Positions 54,075-63,369 of a stretch of DNA of 64,000 nucleotides are shown here, one piece after another. Position numbers and translations under genes: made by a program. Below the pieces are notes generated by a model. The model was not told the origin of the DNA. It saw only the letters and a list, made by a program, of their open reading frames with translations, and did no database searches. Every line of letters begins with the position of its first letter. Position 1 is the first letter of the stretch. This DNA comes from a virus: IMG/VR virus record IMGVR_UViG_3300037086_000398, positions 4,362-68,361 of that record; one strand, given 5' to 3'.

Positions 54075-54357
54075 AGTCGAAGAATTCGAGAAAAAGCTAC
54101 GATTTGCTGCCAAGTCTATTGGAATAGAACATATAGAGTCTAACGCAGCAAATTGTGATGATGGTTCTATTCTTATTGAGGTTTATTGTGGCAAACAGGG
54201 ATCACCTGAGAGCAGGAGATTGGGATTTTCTTTCGAAGAGGACGGACATACTTTCTATTGGTATATCTCTAAGAAAAAACCTTTTTTCGTAGAAGATGGA
54301 CCCATGGAGGGACTAGACATAAAGGCTCTTCTGAAGCGCTTTTACAAGAAGGGGTAG
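53992..54357 (+). CDS. hypothetical protein
   Basis: 121-aa ORF; the true start may be an internal Met. Confidence 0.3.
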   Translation: MNLKCFTASQTCLVECYSMRKRMEQKTKVEEFEKKLRFAAKSIGIEHIESNAANCDDGSILIEVYCGKQGSPESRRLGFSFEEDGHTFYWYISKKKPFFVEDGPMEGLDIKALLKRFYKKG

Positions 54358-54359
54358 AA

Positions 54360-55187
54360 ATGCTACTTGATAGTTTTATGGGAATTGGAAAAACACACCA
54401 AGTCTGTGAAGACTATTCTCTAGTTGGAAAAATACCACTTCCATTTCTCATTGTAAGCGATGGTTGTTCTTCTTCGAAGAACACGGATATTGGGGCACGC
54501 CTTCTTGCTCTGACTGCCAAAAAGCAGCTTTATGCGGCTCTTGCATATGGTATTCTGCCTTATGATCCAGATACCTTTGGAAAAAAGCTCATAGAGATAG
54601 GAATCAATGTCGTCGATCAGCTTGGAGTAAATAGGAGTGCTCTCGACGCGACTCTTCTTCTTGGGTATCTTTACGAAGGGATGTTTAATTTTGCTTGTTT
54701 TGGCGATGGGGCCATTATCTTCAAATCTAAGAAGGGCAATGGATTTATTCAACTTTCTTATACACAGAACGCTCCCTATTATCTCACAGTCCATGGAGAT
54801 GAAAAGATTAGGACCCAGTGGTCAGAGGTGTATCCTAATAATGAACTCTTAGTAAGATCATATATGTTTGCTGATGGTGAAAACAGGGTGGAACAAGTTG
54901 GAGCGGAACCTCCTTATTATAGAGGGTTCATGTCGATTCAAGATCTTGAGATGTTTATGCTAGTTTCTGATGGTATCGGATCTTTTTGCAAAATCGCAGA
55001 TGGATCTATGGTTCCTGTTCAAGATGTCGTCAGTCGAATGCTTGAAATCAAAGTCAAAAATGGTGAGTATATCAAACGTCGCATGAAGAAAATGATTGAG
55101 GGTTTCGCTCGGGATGGAATCTATCCTCTCGACGATATATCAGTTGCCTCAGTAATTTTTGAGGAGAGCGACGATGACCAATTTTGA
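54360..55187 (+). CDS. PP2C-family Ser/Thr phosphatase-like protein
   Basis: PP2C-like motif series 'LIVSDGCSSS', 'ACFGDGAII', 'LVSDGIGSF'. Confidence 0.5.
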   Translation: MLLDSFMGIGKTHQVCEDYSLVGKIPLPFLIVSDGCSSSKNTDIGARLLALTAKKQLYAALAYGILPYDPDTFGKKLIEIGINVVDQLGVNRSALDATLLLGYLYEGMFNFACFGDGAIIFKSKKGNGFIQLSYTQNAPYYLTVHGDEKIRTQWSEVYPNNELLVRSYMFADGENRVEQVGAEPPYYRGFMSIQDLEMFMLVSDGIGSFCKIADGSMVPVQDVVSRMLEIKVKNGEYIKRRMKKMIEGFARDGIYPLDDISVASVIFEESDDDQF

Positions 55188-55500
55188 CATTTCGAAGTGT
55201 ACGTTCAACACTGAAAAAACAGATGATCCGAAGCTTGTTGTCTATCTCACATGGATGTGGAAGCCTGGTTACGATCCAAGCGGCCGAGGGTATTTTTCTC
55301 TTAGAGCCATTTCCCTTACAAAAGAACATGCTCGATACGCAAAAGAATCAGCAAAAATTGATTATCCGAATTGCAAGGTCCACGTGGAAGAAAGCATAGC
55401 AGAACATCTCTTTGGAGAAAGCTTCGGCAATTTTCATAGAGCTGATGGTGATGAGCCTCCTAATGGATGGGAGGGTGCTAATATCGAGGAAGAAGATTGA
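55159..55500 (+). CDS. hypothetical protein
   Basis: 113-aa ORF. Confidence 0.3.
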   Translation: MRRATMTNFDISKCTFNTEKTDDPKLVVYLTWMWKPGYDPSGRGYFSLRAISLTKEHARYAKESAKIDYPNCKVHVEESIAEHLFGESFGNFHRADGDEPPNGWEGANIEEED

Positions 55501-57173
55501 GCTCATTGACTGCGGTTTTTCAAACCAAAGAGACGAGACTCACCGACAAAAATTACCTTGGTGAAGGTGGAGAGGGCGTCATCTATCTAAAAGACGGACT
55601 CATCTATAAGATCTATCACGAGAAAAACGATATCATTACTGCACAAAAGCTTGCTGAATTGTCCGTTTTGAAAAGAATCAACATCATTACTCCACTTGGA
55701 CATGTGTATAACTCAAGGGGTTTGCCTATTGGCTACGCAATGAACTTCGTCCAAAATACTTCTCCTCTTGCAAGATTGTTCACAACCAGCTTCCGCAATC
55801 GCAACAACATCACTCCAGAAATGGCAACCAAACTTGTTGAGAAAATGGCTGAAACGATCCATTATATCCATCAAAATGGAATCATCATTGTGGATGGAAA
55901 TGAGTTCAACTATCTCGTCGATGGCACGACTTTCATAATCCCATATTTTATTGACGTAGATAGCTATCAGACAAAATCGTTTCCAGCTAAAGTGATTATG
56001 CCTTCAATTCGAGACTGGCAGTCTAAGATATTCTCTCCTCTTACAGATTGGTATAGTTTTGCGATCGTGGCTACTCAGATCTTTGTTGGTATTCACCCAT
56101 TCAAAGGAAACCATCCAAATTATCCTAAGAATGATTTGAAAGCCCGTCAATTGGCCAATGTCTCCATCTTCAACAAGGAAGTCAGTACTCCACCAGCAAC
56201 AAGGGACTATGGTCTTATTCCTTCAGAATATATGAATTGGTTTGTGGATGTTTTTGAGAAAGGAAAGAGGACTCCGCCACCAACAATCGTTGGTAAGATT
56301 ATCACCAAGGCTCAGCTTGTGATTGAGACGGGTAAGGATAAGTTTGTGATTGAAAAGATTTTCGATGCCGATTCCACAATCACTGGATGTGGTTGGACGT
56401 TTGGAAACAGAATTATGTTCAGTGAGAAAAGCTCTTACATCAATTCTCATAATAAGCCTCTTCCATCCAAGAGTGCTGGAGTCATTTACTTCGACAATAC
56501 TGCCTATCTCATTGATGTGAAGAAAGGCAAACTACTTGTCAGCAATTACAACAATGGACAGGTTTTAAGTGACTCTATTATTGCAGACCGTAAGCTCATC
56601 GTTGACAACAGAATCTATGTCATTAATGACGACAAGTTGATGGAAATCAAGTTTAAGGGAATCAGTGGAAAAATTTTCATCACAACTGGAAACGTATGGA
56701 GCATCCTTCCAAACTCCACCCATGTGTTTCGTGAAATCATCTACTCAGACGTTCTTGGAAAACCCTATTTCTATATCCCCTTCAAGGAAGATGCATGTTC
56801 GATCGTTCAGATTCCTGAACTCGTGAAGCATAAAATAATTGATGCCAAATATGAAAATGGGATCTGCATATTGCTCACATTCGTCAAAAATCTCTACAAT
56901 AGAGTAGTGATCAAGTTCAATCCAGACTTCCAAACATATGCCTTCGAAATGGAATCAGACGTCATTCCATCTGGAATCAACTTCGTCTCTCTTCCAAACA
57001 ACATCTATATGCATTACACTGGAGAAGGAGAGGTTGTGATTGGAAGCAGATTTAAACCAGAAAAGAAGATCTTCTCAGACATCAAGTTTGACAATGACAT
57101 CACCCTCTGCCACAATGGACTCGAGGTTTATTACTACTCAGAAAATACCCTCTACAAAATCAAGGTGAAATGA
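55497..57173 (+). CDS. Ser/Thr protein kinase-like protein
   Basis: Glycine loop 'LGEGGEGVIY', Lys in 'IYKIYHE', a catalytic-loop-like 'IHQNGIIIVDGNEFNYLV', and a DFG-like 'FIDVDSY', followed by a long C-terminal beta-rich region. Confidence 0.5.
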   Translation: MSSLTAVFQTKETRLTDKNYLGEGGEGVIYLKDGLIYKIYHEKNDIITAQKLAELSVLKRINIITPLGHVYNSRGLPIGYAMNFVQNTSPLARLFTTSFRNRNNITPEMATKLVEKMAETIHYIHQNGIIIVDGNEFNYLVDGTTFIIPYFIDVDSYQTKSFPAKVIMPSIRDWQSKIFSPLTDWYSFAIVATQIFVGIHPFKGNHPNYPKNDLKARQLANVSIFNKEVSTPPATRDYGLIPSEYMNWFVDVFEKGKRTPPPTIVGKIITKAQLVIETGKDKFVIEKIFDADSTITGCGWTFGNRIMFSEKSSYINSHNKPLPSKSAGVIYFDNTAYLIDVKKGKLLVSNYNNGQVLSDSIIADRKLIVDNRIYVINDDKLMEIKFKGISGKIFITTGNVWSILPNSTHVFREIIYSDVLGKPYFYIPFKEDACSIVQIPELVKHKIIDAKYENGICILLTFVKNLYNRVVIKFNPDFQTYAFEMESDVIPSGINFVSLPNNIYMHYTGEGEVVIGSRFKPEKKIFSDIKFDNDITLCHNGLEVYYYSENTLYKIKVK

Positions 57174-57370
57174 TGGAAGAGTGGGAAAGAGCGAAGTTTC
57201 TTCTTTTAGGTGGTAAGGAGTCCTCCGTCTATTACCACTGCTATTGTTTACACTGCAAACAGGTCGTGCATAGTTCTCTATCGAAGGAAGAAGAGATGAA
57301 GGTGGTGGACAGTCTCAAAAGACAGTGTCCAAGATGTCACAGTCCCAGAAGCATCGTAGTCAGTAATTAA
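57170..57370 (+). CDS. divergent SCR-like small Cys protein
   Basis: 'ERAKFLLLGGKE...CYCLHC...CPRCH'. Confidence 0.4.
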   Translation: MMEEWERAKFLLLGGKESSVYYHCYCLHCKQVVHSSLSKEEEMKVVDSLKRQCPRCHSPRSIVVSN

Positions 57371-57371
57371 G

Positions 57372-57572
57372 ATGGAAATCTGGAAACAGGCTAAAGAACT
57401 TCTCGCTCCAACACAAGAAAGAACTAGGGGATATTATGTTGAATGTAAGCCTTGTGGATTGGGTGTGGTAACAAGCACAATACAACGAGCAGACGAAATA
57501 GTTGGACAACACCAAGACTGTTCAAGTTGCAGAGGCGCTGGAGCGGTCACAATTTCAAAACTAAAGGAGTAG
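57372..57572 (+). CDS. divergent SCR-like small Cys protein
   Basis: 'KQAKELLAP...CKPCG...CSSCRG'. Confidence 0.4.
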   Translation: MEIWKQAKELLAPTQERTRGYYVECKPCGLGVVTSTIQRADEIVGQHQDCSSCRGAGAVTISKLKE

Positions 57573-57575
57573 AAG

Positions 57576-57815
57576 ATGCATACTATGGAGATGAAGAGTG
57601 GAGTGCGGTTTCATCACAATGGAGACTATTCTGGAGAAGTATATATTGTGGCTCCAAATGTAGATGATGATGAAATTGGAGAAGTCAAGGTCGATTTTGA
57701 GGATATCAAGGCCTTTGTGGCTGAATACCTCAGAGATCAGATGATCGAAAAAATTGAACGGGCCAAGACTGATGAAATACTGGCTGTTACCAAACACATC
57801 TTCAAAAATGCATAG
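57576..57815 (+). CDS. hypothetical protein
   Basis: 79-aa ORF with RBS 'aaggag'. Confidence 0.3.
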   Translation: MHTMEMKSGVRFHHNGDYSGEVYIVAPNVDDDEIGEVKVDFEDIKAFVAEYLRDQMIEKIERAKTDEILAVTKHIFKNA

Positions 57816-58104
57816 TCTTCGAGAGCTCTTCGGCAGAGCCATTGGTGAAATTTGGTTCCGTAAGGGCCCAAGGAATGGATGGTATTTTTACTACAAGTTC
57901 CATACCGCCGATACTGTGATTGATGGAGTCGAATTTCTATATGGCACCGCAAATGAAGATGCTTCAGAGTTTGGTCGATTCGATTTTATTACTCTTGCAA
58001 CATTCGAGCAAATGACTGGATGGGAAGAGGTGGTCGATAAGAAAACTCTGGAAAATCTCATAGCAGTCGAAGCTAAAAAGATGATAGAAATCTCGATGCC
58101 ATAA
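57754..58104 (+). CDS. hypothetical protein
   Basis: 116-aa ORF; the start may be an internal Met. Confidence 0.3.
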   Translation: MNGPRLMKYWLLPNTSSKMHSLRELFGRAIGEIWFRKGPRNGWYFYYKFHTADTVIDGVEFLYGTANEDASEFGRFDFITLATFEQMTGWEEVVDKKTLENLIAVEAKKMIEISMP

Positions 58105-58139
58105 AGATCAACTCCATCGAGTTCTCGTAAGATAATCTC

Positions 58140-58496
58140 ATGGATGATGAGAAAAAAGAATCTGAAAAATGGATGCGAGACTTTGCGAAGAAGATGATTC
58201 ATGGTCTTGGACTTATTACTCTTAATAAAGTAAGATTTCTCGACAAATATTCTGGAGCAGAGGCTTGGGTAGCATTTTACGGTAATGGCAACTACACAGT
58301 CACCATTGCTGATGAATTCGACGCAATATTTGTAGAAGCATTCCCTACACAGAATCACAATCAAGATGAAGTTCCTGGATGGATTGGAAGTGTGCAAGAG
58401 TGGAGGAAGATAGTGAGATCCAGCGAATTCAGAAGGGTTTGGCTAAAACATGTACTTACGGGGTATTGGGAAGTTTATAGAGTTGAACGAAAGTGA
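58140..58496 (+). CDS. hypothetical protein
   Basis: 118-aa ORF. Confidence 0.3.
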   Translation: MDDEKKESEKWMRDFAKKMIHGLGLITLNKVRFLDKYSGAEAWVAFYGNGNYTVTIADEFDAIFVEAFPTQNHNQDEVPGWIGSVQEWRKIVRSSEFRRVWLKHVLTGYWEVYRVERK

Positions 58497-58502
58497 AAAC
58501 CA

Positions 58503-58524
58503 CCCCTCGAAAGAGGGGTTTTTA
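58503..58524 (+). terminator. rho-independent terminator (conserved family)
   Basis: 'cccctc-gaaa-gagggg' followed by TTTTT. Confidence 0.7.
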
Positions 58525-58815
58525 TTTCTTTCCAACTACTGTGGGAATTCCATTTTTATCTGTTTTTGACCACTCTATCTTGAAGTCATTTAAACGGGCT
58601 ATGAGATTCAATGATTGTAGCGCTGCCGTAACATCATCTGGAGATAAGCGAGAAGGGTCTTCTTTTCCTCTACTAATTAGATATGCTAAGGAATCATACG
58701 CGTGCTTCAATTGTAGCTGTGTATATCTGTAATTTGTGTCATCAAAATTTGGATTTTTTATTCTTGGATCGCTCAAGTATTCCTCAAGAGCACGGAAAAA
58801 TGACTTTAGCTCCAT
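58522..58815 (-). CDS. hypothetical protein (minus strand)
   Basis: 97-aa ORF in a region with no convincing + ORF. Confidence 0.35.
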   Translation of the reverse strand: MELKSFFRALEEYLSDPRIKNPNFDDTNYRYTQLQLKHAYDSLAYLISRGKEDPSRLSPDDVTAALQSLNLIARLNDFKIEWSKTDKNGIPTVVGKK

Positions 58816-58878
58816 TTTCGCCTTTCTCCTCTATATTGATTATCTTATATCAGTGTTACTCAGAGCATAGGTTTATTT

Positions 58879-59115
58879 ATGAAGACTAGGATTTACTACA
58901 ACAAAAAAAATGGAAGCTACTTCAGCTATCAACCTAAAAGAGGAAACTGTGCCCTTCTCATCCTTTCTAAAGGAGCGGTTCGAGCCTCTGTTGATTTTGG
59001 CGGCAGGGCGTATTTCAAAGAGCTTTTGAAAACGAGTGTTTTGGTAACAGACGACAAAGCAAAACTGGCTAAACTGCTATTGCAAGGAGTGGATTGGCGT
59101 TGTCTAATTGATTGA
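58879..59115 (+). CDS. hypothetical protein
   Basis: 78-aa ORF. Confidence 0.3.
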   Translation: MKTRIYYNKKNGSYFSYQPKRGNCALLILSKGAVRASVDFGGRAYFKELLKTSVLVTDDKAKLAKLLLQGVDWRCLID

Positions 59116-59144
59116 GGCATAATTCTAATGTTCAGGAACACAAT

Positions 59145-60107
59145 ATGAAACTTGAAGACATAGGATTCTATACACTCTCTGATGCTCGAGCCGCTTCTTC
59201 AAGTGAATTCTCACCTCTTTCGAGGTGTGAGTTGATCCTTACCGACAGGTGCAACTTCAAGTGCCCATATTGCAGGGGTGTGAAGGAAGAATACCACGGT
59301 GACATGCCGAAGGAGAGAGCTTTTGAGATTGTGGAGTCTTGGGTTTCTCATGGCTTGAAGAACATCCGTTTCTCTGGTGGAGAGCCGACTTATTACAAGT
59401 ATTTGATGGATCTCGTGTTGATCGCTCGAAGAAGCTGTGAGCACATTGCCATCTCCACCAACGGAACTGCTCCGATCGAAATGTATGAATCTCTCATAAA
59501 ATATGGAGTCAATGACTTCTCTATCTCACTTGATGCCTGTTGTTCTTCAACAGCGGAGACTATGAGCGGAGGAGTTGCAGACTTCGATGAGATCTGCAAT
59601 ACGATCATGGAACTCAGCCACAAGACATATGTCACAGTTGGAGTAGTTCTCACACCGGACAACATCAAGGAGACTGGTGAGATTATCAAGCTTGCCGACT
59701 TTTTGGGAGGGAGTGATGTTCGAATCATTCCGGCAGCACAGTGGAAAGTAGGACTCGAACTGTTTGAGATTGATAAGAAGATTCTCGATAGGTATCCGAT
59801 CCTCGAGTATCGATACAACAATCTCAAAAATGGAATCTCTGTCAGAGGTCTCTCTGAGAGTGACAACCACGGATGTCCGCTCGTGCTGGACGATATGGCC
59901 GTGATCGGAGACGACCACTATCCATGTGTCATCTATCTCAGAGAACAGGGAAAGCCGATTGGCAAGTTCTCTGATATCTCTCAGGTCAGAGCCGAAAGGG
60001 CCAATTGGTTTGAATCCCACGATGTCTATGAGGACCCGATTTGTAGAAGCTCTTGTCTTGACGTATGCCGTGACTATGGGAACAAATGGAGGGAGTTACA
60101 CGGATAA
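59145..60107 (+). CDS. radical SAM enzyme with SPASM/twitch-like C-terminal Cys cluster
   Basis: 'ILTDRCNFKCPYCRG' is CxxxCxxC; 'RFSGGEPT' is the GGE motif; C-terminal 'CPLVLDDMAVIGDDHYPC...CRSSCLDVC' fits Cx10Gx5C...Cx3Cx3C. Lies directly upstream of the second SCR array. Confidence 0.6.
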   Translation: MKLEDIGFYTLSDARAASSSEFSPLSRCELILTDRCNFKCPYCRGVKEEYHGDMPKERAFEIVESWVSHGLKNIRFSGGEPTYYKYLMDLVLIARRSCEHIAISTNGTAPIEMYESLIKYGVNDFSISLDACCSSTAETMSGGVADFDEICNTIMELSHKTYVTVGVVLTPDNIKETGEIIKLADFLGGSDVRIIPAAQWKVGLELFEIDKKILDRYPILEYRYNNLKNGISVRGLSESDNHGCPLVLDDMAVIGDDHYPCVIYLREQGKPIGKFSDISQVRAERANWFESHDVYEDPICRSSCLDVCRDYGNKWRELHG

Positions 60108-60144
60108 GCTTTAGAGTAAGTGTCCGATGTGATAAAATCATACT

Positions 60145-60699
60145 ATGCTGAAAGAGCTCGTTTTCAAAGCATATTCCTTCGCAGAACTCAAACACAAGGA
60201 TCAGACACGCAAATACTCTGGCATCCCCTATTTCACCCACCCCAAGGCCGTTGCACGTATTCTCGAAGCGCTTGTCAAGGACCCTGAAATCGTCGCCTGT
60301 GGCCTACTTCACGATGTCGTGGAGGACTCGGGAACTCTCATTCAAGAAATCAAAGACAACTTTGGAGACCGAGTGGCTTCCATTGTTGATGAACTCACCA
60401 ACAAAAAGGAAGAGCGTGGAATCATGAAGAAGAGAGACTATCTCTTCCAAAAGATTCGTAAAATTTCTTCCGATGCTCTTACTGTTAAACTAGCCGATCG
60501 CCTTCACAACATCGAATTTCTTGAAAGAGACCTTGGTGGAAAAGAAGCTAAACAGTTCATCTGCTACTATTACGAAGAAACTCGCTATGTGTTTGGAACT
60601 CTCATCGACGACAGAGAATTGAATGAGGTCCAGAAGGTTCTGTTGAAAAACATTGACGCTGTTCTCGACTTCCTCAAACTAATGCACAATCTAGACTAG
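60145..60699 (+). CDS. HD-domain (p)ppGpp hydrolase, SpoT/Mesh1-like small alarmone hydrolase
   Basis: 'YFTHPKAVARIL...IVACGLLHDVVED' and 'KLADRLHN' match RelA/SpoT HD-domain motifs; 184 aa with no synthetase domain. Confidence 0.65.
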   Translation: MLKELVFKAYSFAELKHKDQTRKYSGIPYFTHPKAVARILEALVKDPEIVACGLLHDVVEDSGTLIQEIKDNFGDRVASIVDELTNKKEERGIMKKRDYLFQKIRKISSDALTVKLADRLHNIEFLERDLGGKEAKQFICYYYEETRYVFGTLIDDRELNEVQKVLLKNIDAVLDFLKLMHNLD

Positions 60700-60707
60700 A
60701 GAAATAA

Positions 60708-60899
60708 GTGAGAAAAAGATCAACGGACTTACAAGCTAAGGATCTTCTCTTAGAGAGAAACTGTTGGACTTGTTCGCACAGAGCAAGAGGCAACAACCCA
60801 AGTATTTTCTTTATTTGCCATGAGCCAAGACGATGGGGATTTCCTCTGGCAAAAGATTTGATGTGTAGTCGATGGCGTAAGCAACATCAAATTATTTAG
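60708..60899 (+). CDS. SCR-family small Cys4 protein
   Basis: 'QAKDLLLERNCWTC..C...MCSRW'. Confidence 0.5.
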   Translation: MRKRSTDLQAKDLLLERNCWTCSHRARGNNPSIFFICHEPRRWGFPLAKDLMCSRWRKQHQII

Positions 60900-61269
60900 A
60901 GTTAGAGATAAGAATAGGTGAGAAAAGCTGTCGAACAAGTGCCTTTTGAGCCACATACTTATCATCGTAGAGACTGGATGGTTCAACACCCCATTCATCC
61001 AAATCCTCTTTCGAATTGACAAGTTCTATCTTTTCAGACGTTTCCCACTGGTCACTGCCCCAGGCTGCTGTTGGTGAATAGTAAAGATAATACCAAAAAT
61101 TTGGTACAAATCGTATCTGTTTGTTTATTTCTCCACGACCAAATAACACCACTTGTCTGATGCCATTTCTGTCTAGAACCATTGCACAGTATTTCATTAG
61201 TAGTTCCAGCTTCTTGGATCTGTAAAAAGAATCGAAATCACCTCTCGCCCATATTTTTCCATTATCCAA
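60892..61269 (-). CDS. hypothetical protein (minus strand), possibly the C-terminal part of a frameshifted gene that begins with 61197-61901
   Basis: Two overlapping minus-strand ORFs in different frames. Confidence 0.3.
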   Translation of the reverse strand: MDNGKIWARGDFDSFYRSKKLELLMKYCAMVLDRNGIRQVVLFGRGEINKQIRFVPNFWYYLYYSPTAAWGSDQWETSEKIELVNSKEDLDEWGVEPSSLYDDKYVAQKALVRQLFSPILISNSK

Positions 61270-61901
61270 TGATTTACTTTTGGATTGACGGGATATTTGT
61301 CGAGAAGATCTTTAAGGCATTTGACAATCATTCCCTTGACGTTTCCCTTATGATAATCTTCTGTAGTTTCAAGATCGCCCTTCTCTTCCATGCGCTTGAC
61401 ATCTCTATAAATAGATCTGAGTCCTGATAAGCCCCATTCGTCTTTCTTTTTAATTTCTTGTAGGAATGATTCAGTTGTTGGATACTTAAAACTAGCTTCA
61501 TAAGCATCGCCCCAATGGCGAGCATAAGAGCTGTTCCACCAGAGATGAACTTGTTTTTTGGAAAGTGTCTTTTTCAAAGCTTTGTAGAGTATGCTCTCAA
61601 GCCTTGCAGGAATCTTGAAATTCAATCCATATCCAGACGATTCATATCGTGATATTGGACGGTCGTATGGGTCTTTTGATAGCTCAGTATAAAAATAGAC
61701 GCCATACTTGTTTTTGCCACTTTTTAACCAGGGGTATTTTTTGAAAGTGGAGAAAGAGACACCTAGCTCTCCAAGAGGCCACTGCAATTCATCCTTGTAG
61801 GCTGGTTGAGTGTTTGCCAACCATTCTTTTATCAACTGTTGTTTGGTGAGAGGGGTTTCTATTGGGGTGTTGATGGCTTGAGCCATCTCATCAATCATCA
61901 T
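61197..61901 (-). CDS. hypothetical protein (minus strand)
   Basis: 234-aa ORF with no competing + ORF. Confidence 0.4.
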   Translation of the reverse strand: MMIDEMAQAINTPIETPLTKQQLIKEWLANTQPAYKDELQWPLGELGVSFSTFKKYPWLKSGKNKYGVYFYTELSKDPYDRPISRYESSGYGLNFKIPARLESILYKALKKTLSKKQVHLWWNSSYARHWGDAYEASFKYPTTESFLQEIKKKDEWGLSGLRSIYRDVKRMEEKGDLETTEDYHKGNVKGMIVKCLKDLLDKYPVNPKVNHWIMEKYGREVISILFTDPRSWNY

Positions 61902-61953
61902 AAGGTTATCTTGCTTTCTCTTGGCATATTTGAATATGGAGAAGAACTATAAA

Positions 61954-62134
61954 GATGCGAGTTGATCAAGAAGCCAAAAAATTGCTCTTGAGAGGCATTT
62001 TCCCTGAGGGAGCGTTGTGTCCAAAGTGTCTTCATCAACTCGCCAAACATCATATGGGAAGAACCAGTTATGATGAACCGAACAGTAAAATTATCCATCT
62101 TTGCAGTTATTGTGGGGAGGTGTATCATGAGTGA
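61954..62134 (+). pseudogene. SCR-family member interrupted by a 1-nt frameshift in an A7 run
   Basis: The ATG frame gives 'MRVDQEAKK' and then stops after the A7 run at 61975-61981. The +1 frame continues as 'LLLRGIFPEGALCPKCLHQLAKHH...CSYCGEVYHE'. With six A's the join would be the family consensus 'EAKKLLLRG'. Confidence 0.4.
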
Positions 62135-62306
62135 GAAACATCCACATAAAAATCTAGAAGGACCTACTTGTGACAACTGCTACTACGGTAGGGGAGTTCA
62201 TTGCTTCTACGATGTAGTAGAAGAACCACAGCCAAAGGAGAATACTTGTGACTATTGGACAGACCCTCTCGATCCCAACTTGCGCAAGATGTCTTCTAGA
62301 GGGTAA
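62127..62306 (+). CDS. SCR-family small Cys4 protein
   Basis: 'HKNLEGPTCDNC..C...NTCDYW'. Confidence 0.55.
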   Translation: MSEKHPHKNLEGPTCDNCYYGRGVHCFYDVVEEPQPKENTCDYWTDPLDPNLRKMSSRG

Positions 62307-62424
62307 AAGTTGTTGGACCTGCAGAAGAAGAGAGGGTGGTTCCTGTCGCTTGAGATACGACAGTGGAGATTGGACTCTGCCAGAGGAGTACACTTGCGAA
62401 TACTGGCAGTATAGTAATCGATAG
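62248..62424 (+). CDS. SCR-family member without an ATG start (candidate GTG start)
   Basis: 'CARCLLEGKSCWTC...C...YTCEYW' overlaps the previous gene by ~60 nt in the +1 frame. No in-frame ATG; an in-frame GTG lies at 62248. Confidence 0.35.
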   Translation: MTIGQTLSIPTCARCLLEGKSCWTCRRREGGSCRLRYDSGDWTLPEEYTCEYWQYSNR

Positions 62425-62433
62425 GAGAAACCA

Positions 62434-62862
62434 ATGGGCGTTGATGTCATTGCTAAAAACCTCTTAGAGGGCAAAACATGTGAAGGTTGTGGGTATTGCG
62501 GGAGAGGTGAGGACGGTTGGTTTTGCAAGGCCAACAAGAAAAAGCCAGAAGAAAATACATGTGTAAATTGGGATTCATTTGAGACTGTTATTAAGCAGGA
62601 AGCTGAAAAAGAGGAAACTAGACGAAAATCAATTCCTAGTCCTTATAGTCCATATAAAGGAATTCCATGGAAGAAAGAAAAAGAACAGTATCCATGGAAA
62701 AAATATGATGAAGAAATTGAAAGTGGTAAAATCACTTGGGAAGAAGAGGATGGAAACTCCAAATTAGAGAAATACTCCAATACCATAGAAAAGTATTTGA
62801 AGAAACTCCATGAAAATATCGAATACACCCAAAGCGAATATAAAAAGTTCAAAAGAAATTGA
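62434..62862 (+). CDS. SCR-family protein with Lys/Glu-rich C-terminal extension
   Basis: 'IAKNLLEGKTCEGCGYC..C...NTCVNW' followed by an 85-aa charged tail; RBS 'aggagaaacc'. Confidence 0.6.
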   Translation: MGVDVIAKNLLEGKTCEGCGYCGRGEDGWFCKANKKKPEENTCVNWDSFETVIKQEAEKEETRRKSIPSPYSPYKGIPWKKEKEQYPWKKYDEEIESGKITWEEEDGNSKLEKYSNTIEKYLKKLHENIEYTQSEYKKFKRN

Positions 62863-63052
62863 GGCAGAGATTGCTAAAAATCTTCTTTTAGGACAGACTT
62901 GTGAGAAGTGCTTTTCCTACATGGAGGTTGGTAGCAAGAAAGGGTGCTCATTGAAGAGAAATGGAAAGCTTATAAGGAGTAAAGACAACACATGCGAAGA
63001 ATTTTTAATGGATATGGGAATTGAATTCGGAAATTTCGAATCTGATAGCTAA
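62810..63052 (+). CDS. SCR-family small Cys4 protein
   Basis: 'IAKNLLLGQTCEKC..C...NTCEEF'; overlaps the previous gene's 3' end. Confidence 0.5.
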   Translation: MKISNTPKANIKSSKEIEAEIAKNLLLGQTCEKCFSYMEVGSKKGCSLKRNGKLIRSKDNTCEEFLMDMGIEFGNFESDS

Positions 63053-63209
63053 AAATCTTCTCCTAGGTAAAACGTGCAACAAATGCAGGTTCTTAACTAC
63101 GAATGAGCATGATGGAACTAGGTGTATGAAACATCATTCTTTATCGAACAACACTTGTGAAATGTTTGATAGGATATTCCCAGATGAAATCGAAGACAGA
63201 CGAAGATAA
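63021..63209 (+). CDS. SCR-family small Cys4 protein
   Basis: 'IAKNLLLGKTCNKC..C...NTCEMF'. Confidence 0.6.
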   Translation: MNSEISNLIAKNLLLGKTCNKCRFLTTNEHDGTRCMKHHSLSNNTCEMFDRIFPDEIEDRRR

Positions 63210-63369
63210 AATCGCTAAAAACCTTCTTATGGGATACAAGTGTTTCGATTGCACATATTGGGCAATGGACGGCATGATGGGATTTTGTGAACTTGATTCA
63301 AAAAGATTTTTACCACACATGTGTGAAATCTTCAAGCATAGGAATCTAAATGGCCATGAAATTGTCTGA
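63157..63369 (+). CDS. SCR-family small Cys4 protein
   Basis: 'IAKNLLMGYKCFDC..C...HMCEIF'. Confidence 0.55.
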   Translation: MKCLIGYSQMKSKTDEDKIAKNLLMGYKCFDCTYWAMDGMMGFCELDSKRFLPHMCEIFKHRNLNGHEIV

